A DNA stretch of 64,000 bases, from NCBI GenBank assembly GCA_963787835.1, contig CAWBEI010000002.1:1568001-1632000 (forward strand). The letters are read 5' to 3'. The stretch's first letter is position 1. The number at the start of each line of letters is the position of its first letter. Shown in pieces: positions 20,523-30,136 of this stretch. Both the position numbers and the translations under genes were made by a program. The notes below the pieces were generated by a model. The model did not search any database. It was not told where the DNA came from and worked only from the letters and a program-made list of their open reading frames with translations. The stretch is from Ignavibacteriota bacterium (lineage in GTDB: Bacteria > Bacteroidota > Ignavibacteria > Palsa-1295).

Positions 20523-22787
20523 CTATTCTTTTACGAACTGCGCACGGGACTTTCCATCGCTGATGGAATATATCCCTTGTGGAAGACCGCTCACATCGAG
20601 ATCATGTGCGCCATTTGTGCTATGCAGCCATGTCCGGCCAAGTAAATCGGTAATGGTGATGTCATTGAAGGTCGATTCAAGATGCAGGATCCCTGTTGTG
20701 GGATTTGGATAGATGGTGAGTGGATTAATTGTTTGAAAAAAGCTCAGGGTTACGCTCGCTGGTTGGGATGATGTTAATTTTCGGCGATAGAAGCCCTCAC
20801 GTGTCGTTGCAATGACGGTGTTTGAATCAGGGAACAGAAATTGGTCGAAGTATTCGTTCACATTCTTGCTCGTACCATCGTTTCCGATGCGAAGGCTATC
20901 ATTCTGCCATGTTATTCCTCCATCAGTAGTTCGAAATATCTCTGCGTTATGGGAACCGCAAAACCCAAGAGAATCGTTGAGGAACCCAACACTCGTGATA
21001 TTATTGGCATAGGCGCAGATGGAGTCGCGAATCCAGCTCTGGCCGCTGTCTGTTGTTCGAAAAACCACCCCACTATCGCAGCAAAGAAATCCATGCGATG
21101 GATCGCGAAAATAAACGCGATAGCATTTTACGAAAGCTGGTGCATTTTTGAATTCTTCCCAAGTTTTGCCGGCATTTGTGGTCTCGTGTATTCTATAGTG
21201 GAAGTCGTAATCAGGATTGTTTCCTCCGGAACCTGCTCCAATAACTGTATCGGTATATTCAATAACAGCATAGGCATTCGTCTTGTCGAATGCAGAAATA
21301 TTCAAAAGCTGGCAGTAACTGGGTGCTATTTTTTGATTCGGAAAAGGTGAGATCGTATCGAGAGGAATAGGACTGATTCTTTCCCACGTGGACCCATAAT
21401 TCGATGTATAGACGCCACCCAGCCGTCCATACATCGCGTAGGCGGCCTGGTACGACGAGGCGTAAAAATTATAATATGGGAATGAAAACGTATCGGAAAT
21501 GATTGTGCTGGCCCACGTGAGACCGCCATCGGTTGTTTTGACGGAGAAGCCGGGCAGATCGTCACCGTATAAGGCAACACCGTCGGAGCTATTCTGAAAT
21601 AGAATTCCAGTCCACGGAAACCTATTCAGTAGGCTGTATGTACCCCATGTATCGCCTCCATCGCTGGAACGAATAAATGTAGTCCCGTAGGAGCCTAGAT
21701 CCACTCCCATAAGCGTGTCCTGGAAATTAACCATATACTCCTGGGTTTCGCCATAGCAGACATTGCGATATTGCCAGTTTTCTCCTTCATTCGTGGAATA
21801 TTGGATATTCCCTAGACTTCCAATCAGGAGCGCTCCATGAGAAGGACTGTACCAGGTCCCGTTGATCAGTTCGCCGCCGCCGATAGGCGCCGTATTCCAG
21901 GTTAGACCAAGATCAGTTGAAGTCCAAGCCACGTTTTCGCCACCTGCCGCAAAGAGTGAAGTGCTCGTCATCATTTTTATTGAATTGAAGCTAACAATCA
22001 ACAAGGCTGGCATTGGCCTGTTCAGCCATGTATTTCCACCATCGGTTGTAACAAACGTATGGCCGAATTCACCATCAGCGTATCCGCCAACCATTCCTGT
22101 ATCACCATTATAAAAATCCAAACAATGTAGGAAGATCGAATCACCAGCGCCAATGTCTTGTGTTGTCCATGTTGCACCTGCATCGTTCGTTTTAGCAAAC
22201 GCGCCGCTGTCTCCACAGACAAAACCAGTGCGGGAACCTGTAAAGTAAGTGGCATAAAGGGCATGGGAGAAGAGTCGCTGTGAGTTCCAGGAATTCCCTC
22301 GATTCGTTGTTCGCCAAACGAAGCCAGAATTATCGCAAACAATTGCGGTATCACGCGAAAGATAAGCGGATCGGGTTGGATGATTCGAAATATTAGAACG
22401 CGACCACGTTACACCTCCATCCGATGTAAAAAGTACATCGCCAATCCACGAAATAAGCATTCCGTGAAGCGAATCGACAAAGTGAACATCGAGAAGCGAG
22501 AGCGTATCGTCCACGTAACGATGCTGCCACGTCACGCCAAAATCAGTGGAGACGTAAAGGAATCCGTCAGTTGTTGGCATGACGAGTGTCGTTGGCGATT
22601 GATTTGCAATTGCCGTGAAATCGACCGGGCCTATTTCTTCCCATCGTTCCGGCGATTGCGCGACGGCGGAAATCGGAAGAATAGAAATTGCGAGACCGAA
22701 AAAAATGAAGAGATGAAGTTTCAAAGTAGCCAATGTTAAAATTTCAAAATGAAATTGTTTTTGGCATACTGTGGTGCCAACTTTCAC
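20523..22787 (-). CDS. YCF48/BNR-repeat protein with T9SS C-terminal domain
   Basis: Many TTDGGxTW repeats; IYPNPT...GIYSI...FVKE; start uncertain. Confidence 0.85.
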   Translation of the reverse strand: MKVGTTVCQKQFHFEILTLATLKLHLFIFFGLAISILPISAVAQSPERWEEIGPVDFTAIANQSPTTLVMPTTDGFLYVSTDFGVTWQHRYVDDTLSLLDVHFVDSLHGMLISWIGDVLFTSDGGVTWSRSNISNHPTRSAYLSRDTAIVCDNSGFVWRTTNRGNSWNSQRLFSHALYATYFTGSRTGFVCGDSGAFAKTNDAGATWTTQDIGAGDSIFLHCLDFYNGDTGMVGGYADGEFGHTFVTTDGGNTWLNRPMPALLIVSFNSIKMMTSTSLFAAGGENVAWTSTDLGLTWNTAPIGGGELINGTWYSPSHGALLIGSLGNIQYSTNEGENWQYRNVCYGETQEYMVNFQDTLMGVDLGSYGTTFIRSSDGGDTWGTYSLLNRFPWTGILFQNSSDGVALYGDDLPGFSVKTTDGGLTWASTIISDTFSFPYYNFYASSYQAAYAMYGRLGGVYTSNYGSTWERISPIPLDTISPFPNQKIAPSYCQLLNISAFDKTNAYAVIEYTDTVIGAGSGGNNPDYDFHYRIHETTNAGKTWEEFKNAPAFVKCYRVYFRDPSHGFLCCDSGVVFRTTDSGQSWIRDSICAYANNITSVGFLNDSLGFCGSHNAEIFRTTDGGITWQNDSLRIGNDGTSKNVNEYFDQFLFPDSNTVIATTREGFYRRKLTSSQPASVTLSFFQTINPLTIYPNPTTGILHLESTFNDITITDLLGRTWLHSTNGAHDLDVSGLPQGIYSISDGKSRAQFVKE

Positions 22788-22819
22788 TACTCAATTTCTA
22801 CTCATATTCCCGAAGCAAC

Positions 22820-23290
22820 CTAATCCCACTCCACTTGCGCAACCGCATACGCAGCCACGCCCTCTTCGCGGCCAATGAAGCCCAGGCGTTCGTTCGTGGT
22901 GGCTTTTATGGAAACCCGTTTGACTTCGAGACCCACAGCTTCAGCGATTCGCTCTCGCATGTGTTCGATATGCGGGCGCAGACGCGGGGCTTCGAGCACA
23001 ACGGTGGAATCGATGTTTATGATATGCGCGCCTTCGTTTCGGAGAATGTGATGCACGCGTTTTAGCATGGCAATGGAATCCGCGCCGCGCCATTCTGTTG
23101 CGGTGTCGGGGAAGTGAAGACCAATATCGCCGAGAGAGAGCGCGCCGAGCAATGCATCCATGATCGCATGAACGAGCACATCGCCATCCGAATGCGCAAC
23201 GGTTCCGAGTCTCGATTCGAGCATGACTCCGCCTAAGACGAGGGTTTCGCCTGGAGCAAGTTCATGAACGTCGTAACCGATTCCAACCAC
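22820..23290 (-). CDS. ispF: 2-C-methyl-D-erythritol 2,4-cyclodiphosphate synthase
   Basis: GIGYDVH, HSDGDVLVHA, DIGLHFPD, SIKATTNE. Confidence 0.97.
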   Translation of the reverse strand: MVGIGYDVHELAPGETLVLGGVMLESRLGTVAHSDGDVLVHAIMDALLGALSLGDIGLHFPDTATEWRGADSIAMLKRVHHILRNEGAHIINIDSTVVLEAPRLRPHIEHMRERIAEAVGLEVKRVSIKATTNERLGFIGREEGVAAYAVAQVEWD

Positions 23291-23334
23291 GACTGAGATT
23301 TATGAGATTTGGGAAGGATTTATAGGATAGGATT

Positions 23335-23501
23335 TGCCATTCCGAGCGGAGCAGACCATCGCGGAGCGATGGTCTGCGGAGTCGAGGAATCTTCGGTTTT
23401 ACCAATGTGAGCTAAACTGCACGAGATCCTTCGACTCCGTTCGGCTCCGCTTCGCTCCACCAAACTCCGCTTCGCTCCACCAAACTCCGCTCAGGATGAC
23501 A
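23335..23501. repeat. cruciform palindromic element with internal 20-bp tandem duplication
   Basis: tgccattccgagcg...cgctcaggatgaca; ctccgcttcgctccaccaaa x2. Confidence 0.82.
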
Positions 23502-23518
23502 TGTGGAGAAAATCAGTT

Positions 23519-25234
23519 TTACGCAGCTTCCGCCATCTCCTCGATGCCAAGCTCGTGGGCAGCGTAGTCCATAAGGTGGCTCATTGTAGCGGGATCGAAC
23601 GGTGACATAAGCCCGGCGCTCTTGAAAATATTGAGAATACCTTCCGTGCCACCGAGTTCGCAAAGTTTGAGGTACGTATCGAGCGCTTTCTCGTGATCTT
23701 CAGCGTCCATCATACCAAGCTGCATCGCTGCGGTCTGTGCGATAGCGTAGTCAATATAATAGAACGGAGTCTGGAAAATATGGCTCTGGGGATACCAGCG
23801 CGCATATTTGTATTCTTCCATCCCCGAAAAATCGATCCCCTTGATATAGGTATCCCAGATGCTGTTCCACGCCTGGTCGCGATGCTCTGGTGTGGCGTTC
23901 GGATATTCGTACACTCGATGCTGGAATTCATCGACGACGGCGATGTAGCACATAAGCATGACAACATCCGCAAGATGGTGACGGCGGAACTTCAGCGCAT
24001 CATCCGGTTTAAAGAACCATGAAAGATGTGGCATGCTCAGGAATTCCATTCCCATCGAATGAATTTCCGCGCCATCGCTTGTTGGCCATTGAAGATCGAC
24101 GGATTCGATCTTCTGGCTTTCCCACGCCTGGAATGCGTGTCCCATTTCATGTACGAGTGTGCCAACATCCCCCTCATCGCCGGTGGAATTGCAGAAGATC
24201 GCTACGCGCCCTTCGTCAGGCATCGAGGTGCAAAACGCTCCCGGCTGTTTGCCCTTTCGGTTCTCAAGATCGATCAGTCCTTCTTTGCGCATTCGGCTAA
24301 AATGTGCGCCCAAACGCGGGGAGATCTCATCGAACAAATGCTGCGCATTCTCAAGCTGTGTATCAACGGGAGCAATGCCCGTTGGAAGTGAAAACTGAGG
24401 GTGATAGCCTGCATCCCATGGTTTGAGCGTCGGAGTTCCAAGGGCGGCAGCTTGCTCGCGGTAAAGCCGCTCGAGCAGTGGGGTAGCATACTTGCGGATG
24501 GAGTCGCGAAACGCCTTTGCCTGCTCCGGGCCGTAATCCGTTCGCCGCATGCACAGATATCCAAGCGGAATAAAATTATCGTGGCCGAGATTTCTTCCCA
24601 TTTGGTCGCGAAGCTTGACCATTTTGTCGAATATCTCAGCGAACTCATCGTGATGTTCCAGGAACCATCCGCGATATTTCATCCATGCTTCCTTACGGAT
24701 CTCAGGATCTTCATCACTTTGTAAGCCACGCGCGCGGGAAAGCGTCATCGTTTTACCCTGGATAGTTACTTCGCCGGAACTTGCAAGCTTTTGATATTGA
24801 TCGGCGAGATCGTCCGTTTGAACTCTCAGCTTGGAATTGATCGGCGCAAGCGGCTCGACCGCTGTCATCAGCGCCTCGATAAGATAGGGTCCATAATGAT
24901 CGCCGATAGCAGCCTTGTGCTTGCTCCTTAAGAACGCTTCGAGCATCGTGGCGCTGCCTTGTTCCATGGCCGGGGTGACTTCCTCGCGAAAATATTTATC
25001 CGCAGCCGTTTTGGATTCATCGCCCATGTCTTGCGCGTGAGCATAATGGATACGGCTGCCTTCGCCCGAATAATATGCCGAAAGCGCATTCCAATCGGCA
25101 TACAATTGAAGCCACTCCTTCGATGAATTAGATGCTTCAGCGGAAGGAATTCTCGCAATAAGTTTAGCAAAGGTCTCTTCTGCAAATTCTTTGGTTAGTC
25201 TTTCAGGGCGATCCGAATAATACTTATACTGCAT
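23519..25234 (-). CDS. M3 family oligoendopeptidase
   Basis: HEMGHAFQ zinc motif, EIHSMGME, PFYYIDY. Confidence 0.95.
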   Translation of the reverse strand: MQYKYYSDRPERLTKEFAEETFAKLIARIPSAEASNSSKEWLQLYADWNALSAYYSGEGSRIHYAHAQDMGDESKTAADKYFREEVTPAMEQGSATMLEAFLRSKHKAAIGDHYGPYLIEALMTAVEPLAPINSKLRVQTDDLADQYQKLASSGEVTIQGKTMTLSRARGLQSDEDPEIRKEAWMKYRGWFLEHHDEFAEIFDKMVKLRDQMGRNLGHDNFIPLGYLCMRRTDYGPEQAKAFRDSIRKYATPLLERLYREQAAALGTPTLKPWDAGYHPQFSLPTGIAPVDTQLENAQHLFDEISPRLGAHFSRMRKEGLIDLENRKGKQPGAFCTSMPDEGRVAIFCNSTGDEGDVGTLVHEMGHAFQAWESQKIESVDLQWPTSDGAEIHSMGMEFLSMPHLSWFFKPDDALKFRRHHLADVVMLMCYIAVVDEFQHRVYEYPNATPEHRDQAWNSIWDTYIKGIDFSGMEEYKYARWYPQSHIFQTPFYYIDYAIAQTAAMQLGMMDAEDHEKALDTYLKLCELGGTEGILNIFKSAGLMSPFDPATMSHLMDYAAHELGIEEMAEAA

Positions 25235-25423
25235 GAACGAGGATTATATTGTTCTCTATGAAAATACTTGCGTTACTATTTGTTAATAACGCCCAAAAGA
25301 CCTGAAAAAGTTGAGAGTTTCCCGAACGCGCGCAACAATCAGTGCACAATGTGGGTTATGAATGTATTAATTGGAAGACAATTGCGGCAATTCCTCCGGC
25401 TTAGGGTCACACTTTTTTCTTGC

Positions 25424-27856
25424 ATGCGCTCTTTTTTTCTTGCACTCTTTCTAACCGTGCAGACCGGCATTGCGTTAGCGCAATTTTCGGGTACACCTCC
25501 TCCAGAGCGGCATTATACGATTCTCGGCATCTCGATCACCGGTAACCGTACCGGCGATGCCCAAACGATCATCAGCCAAAGCGGGCTTTATAAAGGCGAG
25601 CAGATCACGTTGCCCAGCGATGCCGTCCGTGCGGCTATCCAACAGTTATGGGAAATGCGGATCTTTTCGAAGGTTGATGTCGTCGTTGATAAACAGGTGA
25701 TCCAGTCCGACAGCTCTACCGGGTTATTTCTCAGCCTTCATGTGGAGGAACTTCCCCACATGAATAAGTACACCATCGAAGGCAATAAAGAAATAAAGAC
25801 CGCCGATATCGATAAAGCTTTTTCGCTCCGCGAAGGCGATTATGTACGTCCGTGGGACATCGATGCCGGGAAAACCAGGGTGCGTGCGCTCTATGAGAAG
25901 GACGGATATCACTTTGCAACCATCAATATTCAACAGACTCCCTCAAAAGATTCTGTGACGGGAAAGCGCGACTCTTCGAAGGTCGATCTTACGATCACGA
26001 TCAACGAGGGCAAAGAGATGATCGTCCGGCATGTTGATTTCGAGGGGAACCAACGCGTTTCTTCCGGTGACTTGCGTGGCGCGATGGATGATACCAAGGA
26101 AAAGGTCTGGTGGAATATTTTTTCCAGCGGTGATTTCGATCAGCAAAAATACGAGGCCGATAAGAAGAAAGTCCTGGACTACTATCACTCGAAAGGCTAT
26201 CGCGATGCGCAGATCCTGAGCGATTCTGTTTGGACGACCGGCGAGAATAACCTCAATATTCTTATTCAAGTCTATGAAGGGCCGCAATATTATGTGAGAA
26301 ATATCGCGGTGGTTGGCGCGGAAGTGTTCACGCCGGATGAGATCCGCGAACATCTCGGATTCCACAAGGGGGATGTGTACGATATGGTGCGCCTGGATCT
26401 GAACCTCCGTGGCCCGACACAGGATTTCACCGATGTCAGCTCGCTCTATTACGATCGTGGATATTTATCCAATATTAACAAGGAGGAAACCGTTGTCCCC
26501 GGTGACTCGATCGATATTCTTATTCGGGTACAAGAAGGCAAAGAGCATTACTGGCGCTATGTCGATATCAAGAATAATACCAAGACGAAGGATTATGTGA
26601 TACGCCGTGAACTTTTCACGCGCCCCGGAGATGCCTTTAGCCGCTCGGCGGTTATTCGATCCATGCGGCAGCTTGCGGCGCTGAATTACTTCAATCAGGA
26701 AAAACTCCAGCCGGAAGTAAATCCTGTGCCGGATGTGAGCGATGTCGATATTACCTATAATGTAGAGGAGAAATCCAGCGACACGTTCAATGCCTCCATC
26801 GGTTATGGCGGTACGCTTGGGTTTACGGGTTCGGTTGGTGTTTCCTTTAACAATTTTGACATCACCGATCCCTTACATGGCGGTGGTGGAGAAGTGGTAT
26901 CTGTTTCCGCGCAGATCGGGCAGTCGGACTATCGATCCATTTCTTTGAATTTCAGCGAGCCGTGGCTGAACCAACAGCCAACGTCGCTCGGGTTCCAGGT
27001 CTATGCGTCCAGTTCGGCTTATATCTACACCTCCGAGCAAGAAGGCGCATCGCTTTCGATCGGGCGCCGTTTCAAATGGCCGGATGACTTTTTCCGTGCC
27101 GATTGGACCATTTCCGCTTTGCGTTCGGACATTACCAGCGGCGGCGGCATCTACTCGACTGGTATTCACGACGAGACGGCGGTCCAGCAAGTTATTTCAC
27201 GTACCTCGACCGACGACCCCATCTTCCCGGGTGTTGGCTCCGAGTTTGCCTACCTGCTGCGTTTTGCATATCTTCCGATCGCTTCAATCCCGCCGAACCA
27301 GCCGGCAAACTATTATCGTAATGGTTTGACCATGAAGTTCTATACTCCGGTGCTCGATGCCGGAGGCCAGCACAAAGTGGTGCTCATGTCCTCAGCAGAC
27401 ATTGGCCAAATGGGAGGTCTCGGCGCGAACCCGTTCGTGCCGCCGACGGAGCTTTACGTGATGGGTGGCAGCGGATTGGTTACCGGTGTTTATACTATCC
27501 CGCTGCGTGGCTATCCCGATGCGCGCGTTGGCGTGCAAAGCGGTGCAGCGACGAGCAGCGTCTATGCACCCGGAGGCGATGCATACGCGCATTACGTGGC
27601 AGAGATGCGGTTGCTCGTCAGCCGCGAGCCTATTCCGATCTATCTCCTCACGTTTGCGGAGGCCGGTAATGTATGGGCCGATTTTTCCCATGCCGATCTT
27701 TTCGATCTTAAACGCTCGCTCGGTGTCGGCGCGCGCGTGCAGGTTCCCGCCGTCGGGATGATCGGGATCGACTTTGGCTATGGCTTCGATCCCATCGGGG
27801 TCTTCGGCAGCCCCAGCGGCTGGCAAACCCATTTCCAGTTCGGCAAGGGATTTTAG
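25424..27856 (+). CDS. bamA: outer membrane protein assembly factor BamA
   Basis: POTRA repeats, LRGYPD motif, C-terminal HFQFGKGF; start set at MRSFFLAL. Confidence 0.95.
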   Translation: MRSFFLALFLTVQTGIALAQFSGTPPPERHYTILGISITGNRTGDAQTIISQSGLYKGEQITLPSDAVRAAIQQLWEMRIFSKVDVVVDKQVIQSDSSTGLFLSLHVEELPHMNKYTIEGNKEIKTADIDKAFSLREGDYVRPWDIDAGKTRVRALYEKDGYHFATINIQQTPSKDSVTGKRDSSKVDLTITINEGKEMIVRHVDFEGNQRVSSGDLRGAMDDTKEKVWWNIFSSGDFDQQKYEADKKKVLDYYHSKGYRDAQILSDSVWTTGENNLNILIQVYEGPQYYVRNIAVVGAEVFTPDEIREHLGFHKGDVYDMVRLDLNLRGPTQDFTDVSSLYYDRGYLSNINKEETVVPGDSIDILIRVQEGKEHYWRYVDIKNNTKTKDYVIRRELFTRPGDAFSRSAVIRSMRQLAALNYFNQEKLQPEVNPVPDVSDVDITYNVEEKSSDTFNASIGYGGTLGFTGSVGVSFNNFDITDPLHGGGGEVVSVSAQIGQSDYRSISLNFSEPWLNQQPTSLGFQVYASSSAYIYTSEQEGASLSIGRRFKWPDDFFRADWTISALRSDITSGGGIYSTGIHDETAVQQVISRTSTDDPIFPGVGSEFAYLLRFAYLPIASIPPNQPANYYRNGLTMKFYTPVLDAGGQHKVVLMSSADIGQMGGLGANPFVPPTELYVMGGSGLVTGVYTIPLRGYPDARVGVQSGAATSSVYAPGGDAYAHYVAEMRLLVSREPIPIYLLTFAEAGNVWADFSHADLFDLKRSLGVGARVQVPAVGMIGIDFGYGFDPIGVFGSPSGWQTHFQFGKGF

Positions 27857-27939
27857 GGATTTGAGACCGAGTCACTATATCAAGCCTCGTTGACGAAATT
27901 TTCGTCAGCGAGATCATCAAACTTTGATGGGTGATGTTT

Positions 27940-28395
27940 CTACGTTTTCCATTCAGTCGTCTTTGTTGGCAGTTCGGAATTATCTGCTTCTGGGATTTTC
28001 ATATTCTGCCGCATTCTAAATCCGAGGGTAAACCACAAATAGGCAGCGGCAATTTGTTCGAAGATTTTAAAAGTGATTTGAAACCAAGCAGACCTTCCCT
28101 GGAGAAGAGAGCCAATAAGAAACCAACAGTAAAAAATTACGATGAACAGAACTAATCCCGAGTTATGCTCGCGAAAATAGAGGGGATCAATCTTGTAAAG
28201 TTTTCACATATTTTTTATTACATCCCGTAGGATTATGATTAAGACTAATTCCATTATCAAAATTGAAACGGAAGTTGAGATCTTAATTTGCAAGAAAAAA
28301 TTGTTCGAAACTAAAAAGAAAAGGATGTACACACCAAGCCATAGAATCACTCTATTCTTTTTGACGAATGGCACGAAACCTTCACTGAATCTCAT
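27940..28395 (-). pseudogene. AT-rich multi-TM membrane protein with in-frame TGA at 28204-28206
   Basis: MRFSEG...VIKNM*KLYKIDPLYFREHNSGLVLFIVIFYCWFLIG...TEWKT*; open on both sides of the stop. Confidence 0.5.
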
Positions 28396-28457
28396 ATTGC
28401 AGAAATTGGCTGAAAATATAAATTCTCAGCCAATGAACAGTTCTGTTCTTTAAAATA

Positions 28458-28553
28458 TTACGGACGTGCCACAACAGGAAGCGAGGAATATGCTTCTGCT
28501 TTTTTCTTCTGCACTTCGAGTTCCGGTGGGAGGATGTCTTCGGGAGCGATCAT
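28458..28553 (-). repeat. duplicated 3' end of the TldE-like gene (copy of 31973-32068), att-like scar
   Basis: Encodes MIAPEDILPPELEVQKKKAEAYSSLPVVARP* vs LIAPEDILAPELEVQKKKAEAYPSLPVVARP*; 41-bp identical core 28488-28528 = 32003-32043. Confidence 0.92.
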
Positions 28554-28590
28554 GACCCGAGCAACGAATGTATGGTTGGCTGCGTCGGCA

Positions 28591-29850
28591 TCAATGAATC
28601 ACCAAATAATTGTATTGCACATTGGATGTTGCCGTGCCGTTGCAGTTCACCCATATCTGGAAGTAGTAGGTACCGCTTTGTGCATAGTATCCGGTGATGT
28701 GGCCGCCTTGTTGTGCTGCGGCATTTGCTGGAGTAAGAATGACGGTGGGTGCGGATGCGTAGTCATTAGCGAAGTCGATTTGCACCCATCCCTCGCCAGC
28801 TGCGGCCGTTGTGGAAAACGTAATGGTTCCAGCAACATCCGAGCCGGATACCGTTGGCTGTGGGCTCGACACAATAGGGCCGGCAAAGCCAGCCATATAG
28901 AGGCCCGCACCGCTAGAGGTAAGGACGTGCCCATTGTGATCGACGGTAAATTGACCTCCGGAACCGATTTGTGCTGAGCCCGTAGCAGTCACATCGCCCG
29001 ATTGATCGACCATAAAGGGCCATGTGGGACCAAAACCCGGCCCGATCCCAACAAGACCTGCGTTCGTGATCTTCATCCTATATGCATAGGACGCGCGGAC
29101 ATTTGGGGTTGTTAAAAAATCGATGCCTCCGCCGCTGCCGCCCGCGCCTGAAGCACCACCGTTAAGAACGATATCCCCTCCGACCCCGGTTGACGTAACG
29201 TCTCCGGATCCTCCTTGAAATTCCACATTACCTCCAGGCTGGGTTCCCACGCCAGGCCCGCCATCGACAATTGCAAATCCACCTTGCCCGTTTGGAGCGC
29301 CTCCCGTTCCACCGACAACATAAGCCCAACCCCCAATAACCCCAGGACCGGAGTTACCACCTTGCAGGTAAGCATTGCCCCCGATGTTATTTGTAGAGTT
29401 GCCCCCAGTAAGCGAGGCTGATCCGCCAGCATTTCCAGCACCCCCGCCATTCCCCGCAGTGAGAGCAAGTGCTGTTCCTACGCCCGCCCCAAAGGAAGGA
29501 GATGTAATAGTACCACTCGTTACAGAGAGCGAGTTAGCCGTTATTGCACCTGCACCGGTCGCTAACACATTCGTGTTTTCCAGCCATGCGTTTGTCCCGT
29601 TTGAGTAAAGGGTCGAGTTGGCCTTGGTGGGTGTCGGGAGTGAGAGTTCAATACCGCCCGGTACTGTGAGCGGTAGGATATAGGTGTAGGGTCCGCCGGT
29701 CAACCCCGAGGGCACTTTAACATTAACGATGTGTCCCGAGCCGTCGTCGAGCGCCAGAATTTCTGCGGCGATTCCTCGCTGCGCCCATGATTTCATGGAT
29801 GAAATGGATAGAATTCCTAAAACGGTGAAAAGAACGGCAATGCGTCTCAT
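28591..29850 (-). CDS. secreted glycine-rich repeat protein (fibre/adhesin-like)
   Basis: Signal peptide; tandem GG-x-h-x-h-x-GG repeats; beta-rich C-terminal domain. Confidence 0.75.
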   Translation of the reverse strand: MRRIAVLFTVLGILSISSMKSWAQRGIAAEILALDDGSGHIVNVKVPSGLTGGPYTYILPLTVPGGIELSLPTPTKANSTLYSNGTNAWLENTNVLATGAGAITANSLSVTSGTITSPSFGAGVGTALALTAGNGGGAGNAGGSASLTGGNSTNNIGGNAYLQGGNSGPGVIGGWAYVVGGTGGAPNGQGGFAIVDGGPGVGTQPGGNVEFQGGSGDVTSTGVGGDIVLNGGASGAGGSGGGIDFLTTPNVRASYAYRMKITNAGLVGIGPGFGPTWPFMVDQSGDVTATGSAQIGSGGQFTVDHNGHVLTSSGAGLYMAGFAGPIVSSPQPTVSGSDVAGTITFSTTAAAGEGWVQIDFANDYASAPTVILTPANAAAQQGGHITGYYAQSGTYYFQIWVNCNGTATSNVQYNYLVIH

Positions 29851-30070
29851 GAAAACTGTCTCCTAAAAAATGAAAAAAGAAAATGTGTCAGATGTTAAGT
29901 GATCGAACTGGTTAGCAAACGCCAGGCAATGATTCAATACGCGATGTCAAGAATAGTTTTACTGATCATGGGGCCTCCGCCGCATCACATTATTCTTCAA
30001 TAATGATAATGTGACGGAGGTATCCCATGACCACTTCTTACCCGTATGAATGAATACGAATCACAGACTA

Positions 30071-30123
30071 CAAACTTAAGCGATGTTGTTAAAAAACCTA
30101 CTACAGTAATACTACGGTAGTAC
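30071..30123 (-). promoter_or_regulatory. candidate activator-dependent promoter: -7 TAAGTTTG plus 11-bp tandem operator
   Basis: TAAGTTTG at 30078-30071; tactacagtaa/tactacggtag/tac at 30099-30123. Confidence 0.55.
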
Positions 30124-30136
30124 GGGGGCTCGCCCG

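Noticed and set aside
23445-23490. CRISPR-like repeat
   Set aside because: Only a 20-bp tandem duplication without spacers inside a palindromic element; no cas genes.
7318-28206. Stop-codon reassignment or selenocysteine (in-frame TGA at 7318 and 28204)
   Set aside because: TGA terminates conserved genes at their expected ends (nuoA, czcA), conserved genes have no internal TGA, the contexts are not Cys-like, and another broken gene has TAA.
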